Positions 27,735 through 37,572 of a DNA stretch of 64,000 nt are shown one piece after another. The translations under genes and the position numbers were made by a program. Numbering within the stretch: the stretch's first letter is position 1; each line of letters begins with the position of its first letter. The DNA comes from Chloroflexota bacterium (GTDB lineage Bacteria; Chloroflexota; Limnocylindria; QHBO01), in assembly GCA_039932375.1 (NCBI GenBank), contig JBDTQD010000002.1, positions 133 to 64,132 of the forward strand. The letters are read 5' to 3'. Below the pieces are notes generated by a model. The model did not search any database. It was not told the DNA's origin and saw only the letters and a list, made by a program, of their open reading frames with translations.

Positions 27735-28526
27735 CTACTCCCGGCGCCAGGATGGTGGTCGCTTCTCCAGGAAGGCCCCGAGCCCCTCCTGTCCCTCGGC
27801 CGAGACGCGCTGTCGAGCTGCCCGCTGCACGGTGAGCGCCAGCGCGTCGCCTCGCGTCAGGCCGCGTTGCTCACGGATCACTGCCTTCGCGTTCCGCGTG
27901 GCCTCCGGTCCGGAGGCGAGGACCTCCTCGACAACCGCGTCGACCCGGGCATGCAGTGCGGCCTCGTCAGCAACGACCTCGGAAACCAGCCCGATGCGCT
28001 GCGCCCGCTCCGACCCGAAGCGCTCGCCGGTCACGAAGAGCGCCCGGGCAGCCCCCTCCCCGATGCGCGGGAGCACGAACGGGCTGATCACGGCGGGCAT
28101 CAGGCCGAGCTTCGTCTCGGTGAAGCCGAAGGTGGCATCCGCCGTGGCGAGGGTGATGTCCGCCACGCAGCAGAGCGCCATGCCGCCGCCCAGCGCCGCG
28201 CCGTGGACCGCGGCGATCACCGGCACGGGACACTCGTCGACGGTGAGCAGCATCTCCTGCAGGCGCCCCGCATCGGCCTCGTTCTCCTCCAGGGAGAGGG
28301 CGATCGCGGCGCGCTGCCACTCGATATCGGCCCCAGCGCAGAAGGCCTTCCCGTCGCCCGCAAGGACTACCGCCCGGAGGGTCCCTGGAACCTCGACGCT
28401 GAGCCGCTGGAAGGCGTCGCGCAGCGCGGCGATCAGCTCGGCGTTGAAGGCGTTGCGCACCTCCGGTCGCGCCAGCGTGACACGGACCACGGCGCCCGAG
28501 CGCTCGACGCGCAGCACGTTGCTCAC
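27735..28526 (-). CDS. Enoyl-CoA hydratase (methylglutaconyl-CoA hydratase-like)
   Basis: Crotonase-fold motifs (GDGKAFCAGADI, FGFTETKLGLMP). Confidence 0.8.
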   Translation of the reverse strand: MSNVLRVERSGAVVRVTLARPEVRNAFNAELIAALRDAFQRLSVEVPGTLRAVVLAGDGKAFCAGADIEWQRAAIALSLEENEADAGRLQEMLLTVDECPVPVIAAVHGAALGGGMALCCVADITLATADATFGFTETKLGLMPAVISPFVLPRIGEGAARALFVTGERFGSERAQRIGLVSEVVADEAALHARVDAVVEEVLASGPEATRNAKAVIREQRGLTRGDALALTVQRAARQRVSAEGQEGLGAFLEKRPPSWRRE

Positions 28527-29329
28527 GATCGGCCCTTGCGATAGAAGGGGTCGCTGACCGCCCGGACCGAAGCCAGCAGCGGCTCCTCCAGCCAGACCAC
28601 GTCGGTGCCGTCGGGAACGTCGACCACCGCCGACGCGCCCTCGCCGCCGAGGAGGCCGAGCATCAGGTGACGGGAGCCATCGCTCTCCGACTCGACCAGC
28701 CAGGCGGCCTCGACATCGGTCTGGCGCAGGGCGTCGCGCAGGGGCACCTCGAGGGCCATCGCCGTCGGGCCGGCCAGGCGCAGTCGGATCGAGCGGCTCA
28801 CCGAGGGCGGCGCGATCGGCTCATCGGTACCGGGCAGGCGACCGGCGGCCAGGGCGGCAAGCTCGTTGGCCTCGAAGCGATAGGGGATCGGCCCAGCCGG
28901 ATCCATGATCGCCGGCACGCCCGCCGCGGCCATGTTGGCGACCGCGATGCGCGCCGGGAGCGGCAGGCTGGCGGTGCCACGCGGCGACCAGGCCGAGAGC
29001 GCGGCCACCGACGCGAAGCAGACGCTGGTCGGCCGCCCATCGGCGTCGGCAGCGAGCAGCACGCTCACCTCCACCTCCTCCTCGTCGTTGACCGCCGCCT
29101 CGAGCGCCGACTTCGCCTCGTCGCCATGCTCGGGCGGGACCGGCAGCAGCAGCGTGCCGCTCATCAGGGCCCGATAGAAGGCGTCGAGCGCCTGGCGTCC
29201 GGGATCGCCGCTGGCCTCCGCATCCCGGGCGGCGAGCATCGCCTCGAAGATGGCGAGCGAGCTCTCCTCGAGGGCGCCACTCGGCGCCGAGGGGTCATGC
29301 GAGCCGGGGGCTGGGCGGTCCAGGACCAT
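28523..29329 (-). CDS. Hypothetical protein, SseB-like (LLLPVP motif)
   Basis: Weak resemblance to the SseB N-domain; GTGA coupling to the hydratase. Confidence 0.45.
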   Translation of the reverse strand: MVLDRPAPGSHDPSAPSGALEESSLAIFEAMLAARDAEASGDPGRQALDAFYRALMSGTLLLPVPPEHGDEAKSALEAAVNDEEEVEVSVLLAADADGRPTSVCFASVAALSAWSPRGTASLPLPARIAVANMAAAGVPAIMDPAGPIPYRFEANELAALAAGRLPGTDEPIAPPSVSRSIRLRLAGPTAMALEVPLRDALRQTDVEAAWLVESESDGSRHLMLGLLGGEGASAVVDVPDGTDVVWLEEPLLASVRAVSDPFYRKGRS

Positions 29330-29370
29330 TCCTGGCAGCCTACCACCGGCCTCGGGGTACGATGCGCGCG

Positions 29371-30141
29371 ATGGCCAGCGGGATCGACCACATCGCGATC
29401 GCCGCGGCTGACCCCGACGCCGCGGCCGTGGAGTTGACCGAGCGGGTCGGGCTGGCCTTCACAGCGGGCGGGCATCACCCGGGCCTCGGAACCTTCAACC
29501 GTATCGCCTTCCTGGGCGACTCATACCTGGAGCTGATCGGCGTGGAGGATGCGACCCTTGCCGCGAATTGGGCGGTCGGGGCGGCCGCGGTGCATGCCCT
29601 GGAACACGGCGGCGGGTTCGCGACCTACGGGCTGGTCGACGATGCGATTCGTACCAGCGTCGCACGGCTGCAGGTCAACGGCAGCAGCATCGGCCCGCTG
29701 GTTACCGGCCGCCGCGAGCTCCCCGACGGCGAACGGGTCACGTGGTGGACTGCCGCGCCGCCCGTGCTCGGGCCGGATAAGCCGCCCTTCCTGATCAAGC
29801 ACCTGTACGCCGGTGCGGAATGGGGGGCCGATGCATTGGCCGCACGGCGGGCGTACGTGCACCCGATCGGATCGCCAGTCATTCTCCGGCAGCTCCAGAT
29901 CGCCACAGCCGCTCCGCAAGGGTTGGCGGCCGATTGCTACCGGGACGTGGATCTCGAATTCTGGGAGGTGGCATCGGTCGCGGTCTGCTCGATCGGACCG
30001 CAGACAATCCGGCTGGTGCCCGCGGCCAGCGGTAGGACGACGGTCGTCATCGGTGCGGCCGTCGAGGCGACGCGCACCATTAACGCGCTTGGCGTGCGCT
30101 TCGAGGTGGAACCGGTCGACTTTCCGCTGCCCTTGGCCTGA
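29371..30141 (+). CDS. Glyoxalase-like (VOC) domain protein
   Basis: IDHIAIAAAD N-terminus; TACGAT 9 nt upstream of ATG 29371 (alternative ATG at 29362). Confidence 0.6.
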   Translation: MASGIDHIAIAAADPDAAAVELTERVGLAFTAGGHHPGLGTFNRIAFLGDSYLELIGVEDATLAANWAVGAAAVHALEHGGGFATYGLVDDAIRTSVARLQVNGSSIGPLVTGRRELPDGERVTWWTAAPPVLGPDKPPFLIKHLYAGAEWGADALAARRAYVHPIGSPVILRQLQIATAAPQGLAADCYRDVDLEFWEVASVAVCSIGPQTIRLVPAASGRTTVVIGAAVEATRTINALGVRFEVEPVDFPLPLA

Positions 30142-30151
30142 GCCTCGCCGC

Positions 30152-31777
30152 CTACATCCGGAACACGCCGAAGCGAGTCTCGGGGATCTCGGAATTCAGC
30201 GCGGCGCTGATTCCAATCGCCAGCACACGACGCGTGTCTACGGGATCGATCACGCCGTCGTCCCACAGTCGTGCGGTCGAGTAGTAGGGCGAGCCCTGCC
30301 GCTCGTACTCGGCCAGGATCCGGGCCTCGAAGGCGTCGCGCTCCTCGTCCGAGGCCAAGTCGCCGCTCACCGTGGAGAGGACACGGGCCGCCTGCGCCCC
30401 GCCCATGACGCTGATGCGCGCGTTCGGCCACATCCACAGCTGCCGCGGCGAGTAGGCGCGTCCCGCCATCCCGTAGTTCCCGGCTCCGAACGAGCCGCCG
30501 ATGATGACCGTGAACTTCGGGACCGCCGTGGTGGCAACCGCGCTCACCAGCTTTGCGCCGTCCTTGGCGATCCCGCGCGCCTCGTACTCCCGCCCGACCA
30601 TGAAGCCGGTGATGTTCTGGAGGAAGACGAGCGGGATCCTCCGCTGCGAGGCGAGCTCGATGAAGTGGGTCCCCTTCAGCGCGGACTCGCTGAAGAGGAT
30701 CCCGTTGTTGCCCAGGATCCCGACCGGATACCCCTCGATCCGCGCGAAGCCGGTCACCAGCGTCTCGCCGTAGCGCTCCTTGAACTCGTGGAACTCGCTC
30801 CCGTCGACCAGCCGCGCGATCACCTCGCGCACGTCGTAGGTGATCCGCGAGTCGGCTGGGATGACGCCGTACAGCTCCTCCGGATTGACTGATGGCGGCG
30901 CCGGCTCGCTCCGCTCCCAAGGCGCCTCGGGCTTGCGCCAGGCGAGGCTGCGCACGATCTCGCGACCGATCGCCAGGGCGTGCTCGTCGTCGAGCGCGTA
31001 ATGGTCGGCTACCCCGCTCGTGACGGTGTGGACCTCGGCGCCCCCCAGCTCTTCCGCGCTCACCTCCTCGCCGGTGGCGGCCTTCACCAGTGGCGGCCCG
31101 CCCAGGAAGATGGTGCCGGTCCCCTTGACGATCACCGTCTCGTCGGACATGGCCGGCACGTACGCCCCGCCGGCCGTCGACGAGCCCATCACCAGCGCGA
31201 TCTGCGGGATGCCGCGGGCGGAGAGCTGCGCCTGGTTGTAGAAGATCCGGCCGAAATGCTCACGATCGGGGAAGACCTCGTCCTGGAGTGGCAGATAGGC
31301 GCCGCCCGAATCGACCAGGTAGAGGCACGGCAACCGGTTCTCGAGGGCGATCTCCTGGGCGCGCAGGTGCTTCTTGACGGTGATCGGGAAGTAGGTCCCG
31401 CCTTTGACGGTCGCGTCGTTGGCGACCAAGACGCACTCCACCCCCTCCACCAGCCCGATGCCGGTCACGATCCCCGCCGCCGGCCCGTCCCCGTCGTACA
31501 GGCCATCGGCCGCCAGCGCGGAAAGCTCCAGGAACGCGCTGCCGGGATCTATCAGCCGCTCGATCCGCTCGCGCACGGGTAGCTTGCCGCGTTCGCGGTG
31601 ACGGGCGATCGATCGTTCGTCGCCGCCCGCCCCGCGCTCGCTCACTAGGCGTGTCCGCGCCCGCAGCTCATCCACGAGGGCGCGCATGGCGGCCGCATTC
31701 GCGGCGAAGGCAGGCGAGGCGGGATCGAGGGCGGAGCGCAGGAGGGCCATCGGTGCGGCGATTATCGCCGCTGGCAA
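30152..31777 (-). CDS. Methylcrotonyl-CoA carboxylase beta subunit (carboxyltransferase)
   Basis: Carboxyl-transferase N and C domains; about 530 aa; start may be 31750. Confidence 0.9.
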   Translation of the reverse strand: MPAAIIAAPMALLRSALDPASPAFAANAAAMRALVDELRARTRLVSERGAGGDERSIARHRERGKLPVRERIERLIDPGSAFLELSALAADGLYDGDGPAAGIVTGIGLVEGVECVLVANDATVKGGTYFPITVKKHLRAQEIALENRLPCLYLVDSGGAYLPLQDEVFPDREHFGRIFYNQAQLSARGIPQIALVMGSSTAGGAYVPAMSDETVIVKGTGTIFLGGPPLVKAATGEEVSAEELGGAEVHTVTSGVADHYALDDEHALAIGREIVRSLAWRKPEAPWERSEPAPPSVNPEELYGVIPADSRITYDVREVIARLVDGSEFHEFKERYGETLVTGFARIEGYPVGILGNNGILFSESALKGTHFIELASQRRIPLVFLQNITGFMVGREYEARGIAKDGAKLVSAVATTAVPKFTVIIGGSFGAGNYGMAGRAYSPRQLWMWPNARISVMGGAQAARVLSTVSGDLASDEERDAFEARILAEYERQGSPYYSTARLWDDGVIDPVDTRRVLAIGISAALNSEIPETRFGVFRM

Positions 31778-31789
31778 GCGCAGCCGAGG

Positions 31790-32311
31790 CTAGGCCAGGG
31801 TCACCAGCGGCACGAGCTGGGTGATGTGAGCGGTGTTTACGATCACGACGCTCACCACGTGCTCGAACGGCGGCTCACCGTTGTGCAGGAGGTAGGCATC
31901 GGTCAGTGGCAGGAAGCGACGGCCGCGGTAGAGGGTGTGGTCGCCAGTCTCGCCATTCGGCGAAATGTGCAGGTTGCCGGTGACGCTGAACGGTCCAGCG
32001 GTGAGGGCCACGCGGCGCAGCTTGCGATGCAGGCGCAGCTGGCGTGCGGCGCGCCACTCCGGCGGCATTGCCAGGATCAGCTGCTCGGTCATCACCGAGC
32101 GCCATTCGCCGTTGGCATCGTCCCCCGGTTCGACGGGCGTGGCCGGGTCGAGGACGGGCGCCTCGATCGGCCCGGGGGTGGGATGCCAGAGACGGAGCTC
32201 GTCCTGGTCGTTGAGCAGATCGGTTACGCGCTGGCCGTTCGATGCAATCCAGCCGACGATCCGCGAGTCGGCCGTATAAAGCTCGATCGGCGCAAGGTCG
32301 TTACCTGCCAT
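31790..32311 (-). CDS. Hypothetical protein (start uncertain, 32311 or 32377)
   Basis: Protein-like C-terminal 170 aa; Gly/Arg-rich junk upstream. Confidence 0.4.
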   Translation of the reverse strand: MAGNDLAPIELYTADSRIVGWIASNGQRVTDLLNDQDELRLWHPTPGPIEAPVLDPATPVEPGDDANGEWRSVMTEQLILAMPPEWRAARQLRLHRKLRRVALTAGPFSVTGNLHISPNGETGDHTLYRGRRFLPLTDAYLLHNGEPPFEHVVSVVIVNTAHITQLVPLVTLA

Positions 32312-32601
32312 CGCCAACGCGGCTGAGCTGGAGGTCCCTCCCCCAGCAGACCCGCGACGCCAGTTCCAGAAGGTCATGCCCGCATGGTGGAGCCCAGCGG
32401 TGACGGGCGGAAGGGACACGAGAGTACTAGGCAGGACTGTGCCGCTCGATCCCGGACCCCCGGACCCCCGGACCCTGCGCAGACGTGTCAATTGATCTGA
32501 ACAGTTGCACGCCACAGCCCCGCCTACAATTCCGAGCCGATGAGACTCACGATCTACGCCGACGTCGACGACGGCAGCGGCCTGGCTTGACCCAGCAGCC
32601 G

Positions 32602-33021
32602 ATGCTCGGGCCTGAGCTGCCCGATCTTCCGGATCCGGGGCTGAATCCGCCGCAGATCGCCCGCATCGGCGACCCGTTCGGCGGCCTGCGCCTGGTCCAC
32701 TTCCTGGCGCGGCTGCGCCGGAACGAGACACACCAGCTGCGAGACGTGGTGGCCGCGCTGAACGCGGCCTACCTGGATTGGTACTTTTCGGAGAAGGTGG
32801 TGCTCGCTGGCCTCGTCCAGCTCCAGGCCAACTGGTCGATCTCGTACCACGGCGAGGATCGGATCGTCCTCGACCGTAACGAGCGCGGTCACACGATGCT
32901 CATCGTGGACTCGACCAAGATCACCCCGTTCCTGATCGCGCAGGCCAACCGGCTGCGAGACGAATGCGACGAGGAGCTGCGGCGCTTCGCGCTGGGTGAC
33001 GGGATCACGACCGACAACTAG
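32602..33021 (+). CDS. Hypothetical protein (139 aa)
   Basis: Internal ATG after an Arg-rich low-complexity stretch. Confidence 0.4.
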   Translation: MLGPELPDLPDPGLNPPQIARIGDPFGGLRLVHFLARLRRNETHQLRDVVAALNAAYLDWYFSEKVVLAGLVQLQANWSISYHGEDRIVLDRNERGHTMLIVDSTKITPFLIAQANRLRDECDEELRRFALGDGITTDN

Positions 33022-33109
33022 TCGAGCGCGCCGCCTCCAGCCTGCAGCGTGGCGACGGCTCCGCCCCAGCGGTCCAGCGAATGCCGGTTCATGACCCCGA
33101 CCTTCATGG

Positions 33110-34045
33110 TCAGACCCGGTCGGAGCCTCCGGCCTGACCGATCGCGGCCTCGGGCGCCTCGATCGAGATCGGCACCGTCTCCATCCCATCGCCGGTCGGG
33201 ACGCGCGTCGGGCGCGGACGGAAGGGCGAGGTCTCGGGCACGATCGGCCCATCGGTCTCGGCCAGGGCGCCGCCCCGGTAGGCCTCCCAGACGGCCATCA
33301 CCGTGTCCCGATGCGGCCGGATGCGGCAGTGCTCGTCGCGGTTGCCCATCTCGTCGCAGTAGCCGAGCGGCACGCACTTGGGGGCCAGGAACGAGCCGAA
33401 GAAGGGCGACACCCTGAAGATCTCGTGACGGATCTGCTTGAAAAGCTGCCGGATCTCCCATTGGGCCATGGTGCACAGGCGCAGGCCGCTCATGTGGATC
33501 AGCTGCCGCAGGTTGACGGTCATGATCAGGTTCGTCTGCATCGCGTTCGGGAAGATGAACCGCGCGTCCTCGGCCGGCACCTCGGCCTGGAGGAGCTGCC
33601 CGTAGAGATCCATATTCGAGTCGACCGCGCGCTGGAACTGGCCGGCCAGGTCATCGGGGAGGTCGCCCTTCGTGATCGAGTCCGGAATCGTGTAGTTGTC
33701 GCGCTGCTTGAAGCTGACATAGCGCTGCGACTGCTGGTCGAAGGCGGTCCCGGCCCGGTGGCGCACCAGCTGATGCGAGAGGGTCCGGGTCACGCCGCTG
33801 ATGGCGAAGGTGAAGTTGACGTGCTCGATGGTCGAGCCGTGGCCTGACTCCATCACCTTCCGAACGAGGCTCTGCTGCTTCTCATCCGCCACGCCCCGGC
33901 TCACCGCCTTGTCCCAGATCTGGTCGGGGAGCTGCTCGGAATAGCAGGTCCGGCAGGCGGTGTAGATGATCGGGAGGTAGTACTCCTCGACGATCTCCTT
34001 GGTGGGGAAGATCAGCTTGGCGGAGACAGCCGAAGGGGCGGGCAT
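33110..34045 (-). CDS. thyX: FAD-dependent thymidylate synthase ThyX
   Basis: ThyX motifs (RHR..S, YTACRT, about 310 aa); -10-like TATTCT 9 nt upstream of the ATG suggests a leaderless start. Confidence 0.9.
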   Translation of the reverse strand: MPAPSAVSAKLIFPTKEIVEEYYLPIIYTACRTCYSEQLPDQIWDKAVSRGVADEKQQSLVRKVMESGHGSTIEHVNFTFAISGVTRTLSHQLVRHRAGTAFDQQSQRYVSFKQRDNYTIPDSITKGDLPDDLAGQFQRAVDSNMDLYGQLLQAEVPAEDARFIFPNAMQTNLIMTVNLRQLIHMSGLRLCTMAQWEIRQLFKQIRHEIFRVSPFFGSFLAPKCVPLGYCDEMGNRDEHCRIRPHRDTVMAVWEAYRGGALAETDGPIVPETSPFRPRPTRVPTGDGMETVPISIEAPEAAIGQAGGSDRV

Positions 34046-34081
34046 GGTCCGGCGAGAATACCACTCGCGGACCGATGCGAC

Positions 34082-34146
34082 AGCGGGCGTTATCCACAAC
34101 CTGTAGCGGTGTGGATAACGTTTGACCCGCTATCTTGTGGCGTCGG
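34082..34146. repeat. Repeat element copy R1: perfect palindrome CGTTATCCACA-N11-TGTGGATAACG followed by CCGCTATCTTGTGGCGTCGG
   Basis: Aligns at about 75% identity with 34887-34950 with no gaps; the arms match the DnaA-box consensus TTATCCACA. Confidence 0.6.
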
Positions 34147-34149
34147 CGG

Positions 34150-34659
34150 TCATTCCGGACCCCACAGATCGACCTGTGGAAGGCCGAGGCGGCCGAGCGT
34201 CTCGTTCAGCTCGGCGCAATGGTAGACGTCGTGGCTGAACACCCGCTGGATAACGAAGGCGCGCGTGTGGACCCTCGAGTCATTCCACTCGGGAGGGCTG
34301 CGCAACTCCTCGCCAAGGGTGTCCACGGTCCAGCTGTTCAGGCAAGCCTCGACAATGCCAAAGGACGAGTCAAGGGCGTCAGCGAGCTGATCGGCAGCGA
34401 GCACATTTTCTAGGTCGTCGTCGCCCGGGCAGTTGTAGGCGGCGTTCGTGAAGGGCGTGGTCTCCGCCCCGGGCTGACCGGCGAAGTCGCACAGCCAAAA
34501 GACCCGCTGGCATGCCATGTGACCCACCGTCGCCCAGAGAGGCCAGCGCTCGGGCGAGGGGCGGATCGCCAACTGCTGGGCGGTCATCGCAGCCACGACC
34601 TTCCGCAGGCGCCGGTTGTAAGTTGGCCACGAGGTGAAGGACGACCGAATCGTCGACAT
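34150..34659 (-). CDS. DinB-family protein
   Basis: DinB/DUF664 pattern (HMACQRVFW...HDVYHCAEL); ATG 34659 with GGAGG RBS 5 nt upstream. Confidence 0.8.
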   Translation of the reverse strand: MSTIRSSFTSWPTYNRRLRKVVAAMTAQQLAIRPSPERWPLWATVGHMACQRVFWLCDFAGQPGAETTPFTNAAYNCPGDDDLENVLAADQLADALDSSFGIVEACLNSWTVDTLGEELRSPPEWNDSRVHTRAFVIQRVFSHDVYHCAELNETLGRLGLPQVDLWGPE

Positions 34660-34704
34660 GGTCACCTCCTGACGATACGTGGTGATGGTCGCGGTCAGCC
34701 CCCC

Positions 34705-34878
34705 GCCGCGTCCGCTGAGTCCGGTCGCGGACCGCTCTCCGGACGATGTTCATCCAGGCGAGCCAGGCCATGCAGCCGATCGAACGCGATCCGGTTGCCA
34801 CCCGCCGCCCTCGCTGATGCGAGTGCCTCCTCGGCAGCCCGCAGGAGCTCTTCGCCGGTCAGAATAGCTCCGGAGCGG
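34705..34878 (-). pseudogene. Orphan duplicate of the 3' end of the adjacent GGDEF gene (about 75% nt identity to 34950-35120)
   Basis: Translation LTGEELLRAAEEALASARAAGGNRIAFDRLHGLARLDE versus LTGDELLANAEEALASAKAAGGNRIAFDRLHGLARLDE in the GGDEF C-terminus. Confidence 0.55.
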
Positions 34879-34886
34879 GCCTTTGA

Positions 34887-34950
34887 GGGGCCGCTTATCC
34901 ACCACATATGGGGGTGTGGATAAGTTCGTGCCGCTATGTTGTGGCCTCGG
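34887..34950. repeat. Repeat element copy R2: GCTTATCCAC-N13-GTGGATAAGT followed by CCGCTATGTTGTGGCCTCGG; overlaps the GGDEF stop codon
   Basis: See R1; flanking base pair flipped (G/C to C/G) with symmetry kept. Confidence 0.6.
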
Positions 34951-36364
34951 ACGAGGCGCCCGGCTCGGTCCCTGCGTCTGGGTCGCGTCGCTCGTCCAGG
35001 CGTGCCAGACCATGCAGCCGATCAAACGCGATCCGGTTTCCGCCAGCCGCCTTGGCCGATGCCAGCGCCTCCTCGGCATTGGCCAGCAGCTCGTCGCCGG
35101 TGAGCGTCATCCCGGGGCGCATCAGCGCGATGCCGATCGAAAGACGGATCGTGGTATCCCCTCCCGTCGTGGAGAGGCGCCGCTCCATCAGCCGGTCGAG
35201 GAGCGCGGAGGCGAAGGTGGTGGCACCCTGCTCGTCGGTGTGGGGCAGGACCGCCAGGAACGAGTCTCCACCGATGCGACCGAGCGCATCGGCCTCGCGG
35301 ATGCGCAGGCGAAGGCGGAGGGCCACCTCGCGCAGGATGGCGTCGCCGACCTCGACGCCGTGCTCGTGGTTGAGGTCGGCGAAGCGGTCGATGTCCAGCA
35401 GGATGACCGCGACCGCGTGCGCATAGCGGCGCGCCTCGGCGGCGTCGATCCGGAGCCGCCCCAGCGTCGGGCCGCGGCCGGGGAGACCGGTGAGCGGATC
35501 CATGGTCGTGGCGCGCTCGATCTCGGCCCGCTGCAGCTCGATTGTCCGCCGCGCGCCAACGAGGTCGTCGATCGTCCCGCGCAGCTCGTGGGTGAGGCGA
35601 GACAGCTCATCGAATTCGGATTCGGGCTCGGCCTCGACGACCGCCTCTTGCTCGGCAGGGGCGCGGCGCAGGCGATGCGCGCCCAGTGACCAGCCGACCA
35701 CGATCGCGGCAACCGCGATGCCGGCTGTGCCGACAAGGCGTCCGCCGCCGTCCGGTGCGGCCAGGCCAAGTGCCAGGGAGGAGGTGGCGGCAATCCCGAG
35801 CGCCGTGGCGCGCGTCGGCTCGTCGAAGGCCGTCGTCGCCGCAGCGAGGAGCACGATCGCGGCGCCCACCAGCAGGATCGGCGCCACGGAGTCGGCGTCG
35901 CCGGCACCACCAATGAGCAGGACCGCGGCGAGGCATGCCTCGACCAGTACAACGCCGATGATCACTCCGGCAGTGCGGCTCTGGCGGCTCACGAGGACTC
36001 GAATTCCGCTCGCCGACGCAGCGGCAAAGGCAGCCGCGGCGAGTACGGCGCCGATGCCCAGCCCCACCACCCCCGTCGACCCCAGAGCCACGACCGCGAA
36101 GGTAACCGCCAGCATCCCCAGCCCGGTCGCATCGCCGAGATCCCTGGTTCGGCCGCTATCCAGGGCTGCCGCGACGGCGAGCAACAGGGCGAGACCTGCC
36201 GTGGCAGCCGCAGCGCCGGCGATTGCGGGCGCGACCCACGGCAGCAGGGTGCCGTCGCGCAGGGCGGGCACGAAGTGGACGGCCGCGAAGACAGCCAGCG
36301 GCAGGAGCGCCGTCGCGAGGCGGCCTCCGATGATCAGGATCGATTCGCCGAGAGGTCGGTTCAA
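34934..36364 (-). CDS. Multi-TM GGDEF-domain protein with degenerate active site (GGDSF) and intact RxxD I-site (start uncertain; TTG 36364 proposed)
   Basis: About 9 TM helices, then the GGDEF domain; READ-ALGRI-GGDSF. Confidence 0.8.
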   Translation of the reverse strand: MNRPLGESILIIGGRLATALLPLAVFAAVHFVPALRDGTLLPWVAPAIAGAAAATAGLALLLAVAAALDSGRTRDLGDATGLGMLAVTFAVVALGSTGVVGLGIGAVLAAAAFAAASASGIRVLVSRQSRTAGVIIGVVLVEACLAAVLLIGGAGDADSVAPILLVGAAIVLLAAATTAFDEPTRATALGIAATSSLALGLAAPDGGGRLVGTAGIAVAAIVVGWSLGAHRLRRAPAEQEAVVEAEPESEFDELSRLTHELRGTIDDLVGARRTIELQRAEIERATTMDPLTGLPGRGPTLGRLRIDAAEARRYAHAVAVILLDIDRFADLNHEHGVEVGDAILREVALRLRLRIREADALGRIGGDSFLAVLPHTDEQGATTFASALLDRLMERRLSTTGGDTTIRLSIGIALMRPGMTLTGDELLANAEEALASAKAAGGNRIAFDRLHGLARLDERRDPDAGTEPGASSEATT

Positions 36365-36514
36365 GGGCCTTCCGTGGTGCGGCAGTGCACCGGGGAGTCT
36401 CCGGTTCTCAGTCCATGGCCGGCAATAGTACGAAGGGCGCGTCGGCGTGGGGCGTGGCGTGGGCCGTGGCGTATCCTCGCGGTCGTGGCAAGCCCTCCAT
36501 CCAGGCGCGCCGTG

Positions 36515-36847
36515 ATGTCGCGCCGCAGCTTCCTGGAGCAGACCGATCGGCTCATCGCCGACGGCGATGCCCTGGTGGCGACGCCCCACTGGGACCTCTT
36601 CCGCGCCTGGCTGCTGAACTCGGACGAGCTGCTCGAACGCGTGTGGGGACGGATGGACCGATACCACCTGGCCTGGCTGAACGTCGGTCGTGACTCGGCC
36701 GCTCCGGGATCGGCACTCGACGAGGCGGGCACCGCCCGCTTCATGGCGGAGGTGGCGAGCGGCAAGCTGGCGGTCCTGCGTACCATGCGGAACGCCGTTG
36801 CGCAGCGCGGCTGGAGAAATCTCAGCGACGACGAGGAGGAGCGGTGA
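36515..36847 (+). CDS. Hypothetical protein (110 aa)
   Basis: ATG after Arg-rich junk; GTGA coupling to the downstream deacetylase. Confidence 0.45.
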   Translation: MSRRSFLEQTDRLIADGDALVATPHWDLFRAWLLNSDELLERVWGRMDRYHLAWLNVGRDSAAPGSALDEAGTARFMAEVASGKLAVLRTMRNAVAQRGWRNLSDDEEER

Positions 36848-37572
36848 CCGTTCGTCAGCGCGAGCCGATCGGCGGCCTGGCGGCCGTCTTCGCGCACCCC
36901 GACGACGAGAGCTTCACCGCTGCGGGCACGCTGGCCCTGGCGCACGACGCCGGACGCACCGTACGACTGCTGCTCCTGACCCGGGGGGAGGCTGGGACCG
37001 AGGATCGCTTGCCTGATCTCGACCTGGCAGAGCTTCGCGAGGAGGAGATGCGCTGCGCCGCGGCGAAGATCGGGATGGACGAGGTGACCGTGGTCGACCA
37101 CCCGGACGGCCACCTGGCCGAGGTCAAGTTCTCGACCCTCGTCGACGAGATCGCGCTCTGGCTCGCCGATCGGCGTCCGGATGCGGTGATCACCTTCGGC
37201 GCCCACGGTGTGACGAACGACGCCGATCACGTTGTCGTCGGCGCCGCCACCCGGTGGGCGGTCGAGCGACTGGCCGAGTCGGGGCTCGCGCCGCACGCGG
37301 TTTACGTGGTGGCGCCCGTGTTCGGTCCCGGACAGCGGCGATACGACCTCTCGCCGGAGGAGGGTGCCGCCAGCCACCGGATCGAGATCACCGATGTCGC
37401 CGGTCGCAAGCTCGCTGCCCTGGCCTGCCACGCCAGCCAAGCCGATACTGCCGAGGAGATCGCCGAGCTGCGCGCCGCGCTCGATCGGGACGGGGTCGTG
37501 TACGAGGGCTACACCCGCGTTCGCCCAACCGTCCCGGCCGCGCGACCGACCTTCTATTCGCGGCTCGTCTGA
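36844..37572 (+). CDS. PIG-L/LmbE-family N-acetylglucosaminyl deacetylase (MshB/Mca/BshB-like)
   Basis: AHPDDE motif near the N-terminus; LmbE fold length. Confidence 0.8.
   Translation: MTVRQREPIGGLAAVFAHPDDESFTAAGTLALAHDAGRTVRLLLLTRGEAGTEDRLPDLDLAELREEEMRCAAAKIGMDEVTVVDHPDGHLAEVKFSTLVDEIALWLADRRPDAVITFGAHGVTNDADHVVVGAATRWAVERLAESGLAPHAVYVVAPVFGPGQRRYDLSPEEGAASHRIEITDVAGRKLAALACHASQADTAEEIAELRAALDRDGVVYEGYTRVRPTVPAARPTFYSRLV

Noticed and set aside
32540-32589. 16-codon ORF MRLTIYADVDDGSGLA upstream of the hypothetical gene at 32602
   Set aside because: No RBS or promoter signal, out of frame with the downstream ORF, likely fortuitous.
34082-34951. DnaA-box palindromes as a chromosomal origin (oriC)
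   Set aside because: Only two inverted pairs are present, with no AT-rich unwinding element and no dnaA/dnaN/gyrB nearby. Local GC stays about 65-70%. Kept instead as a regulatory or repeat element.
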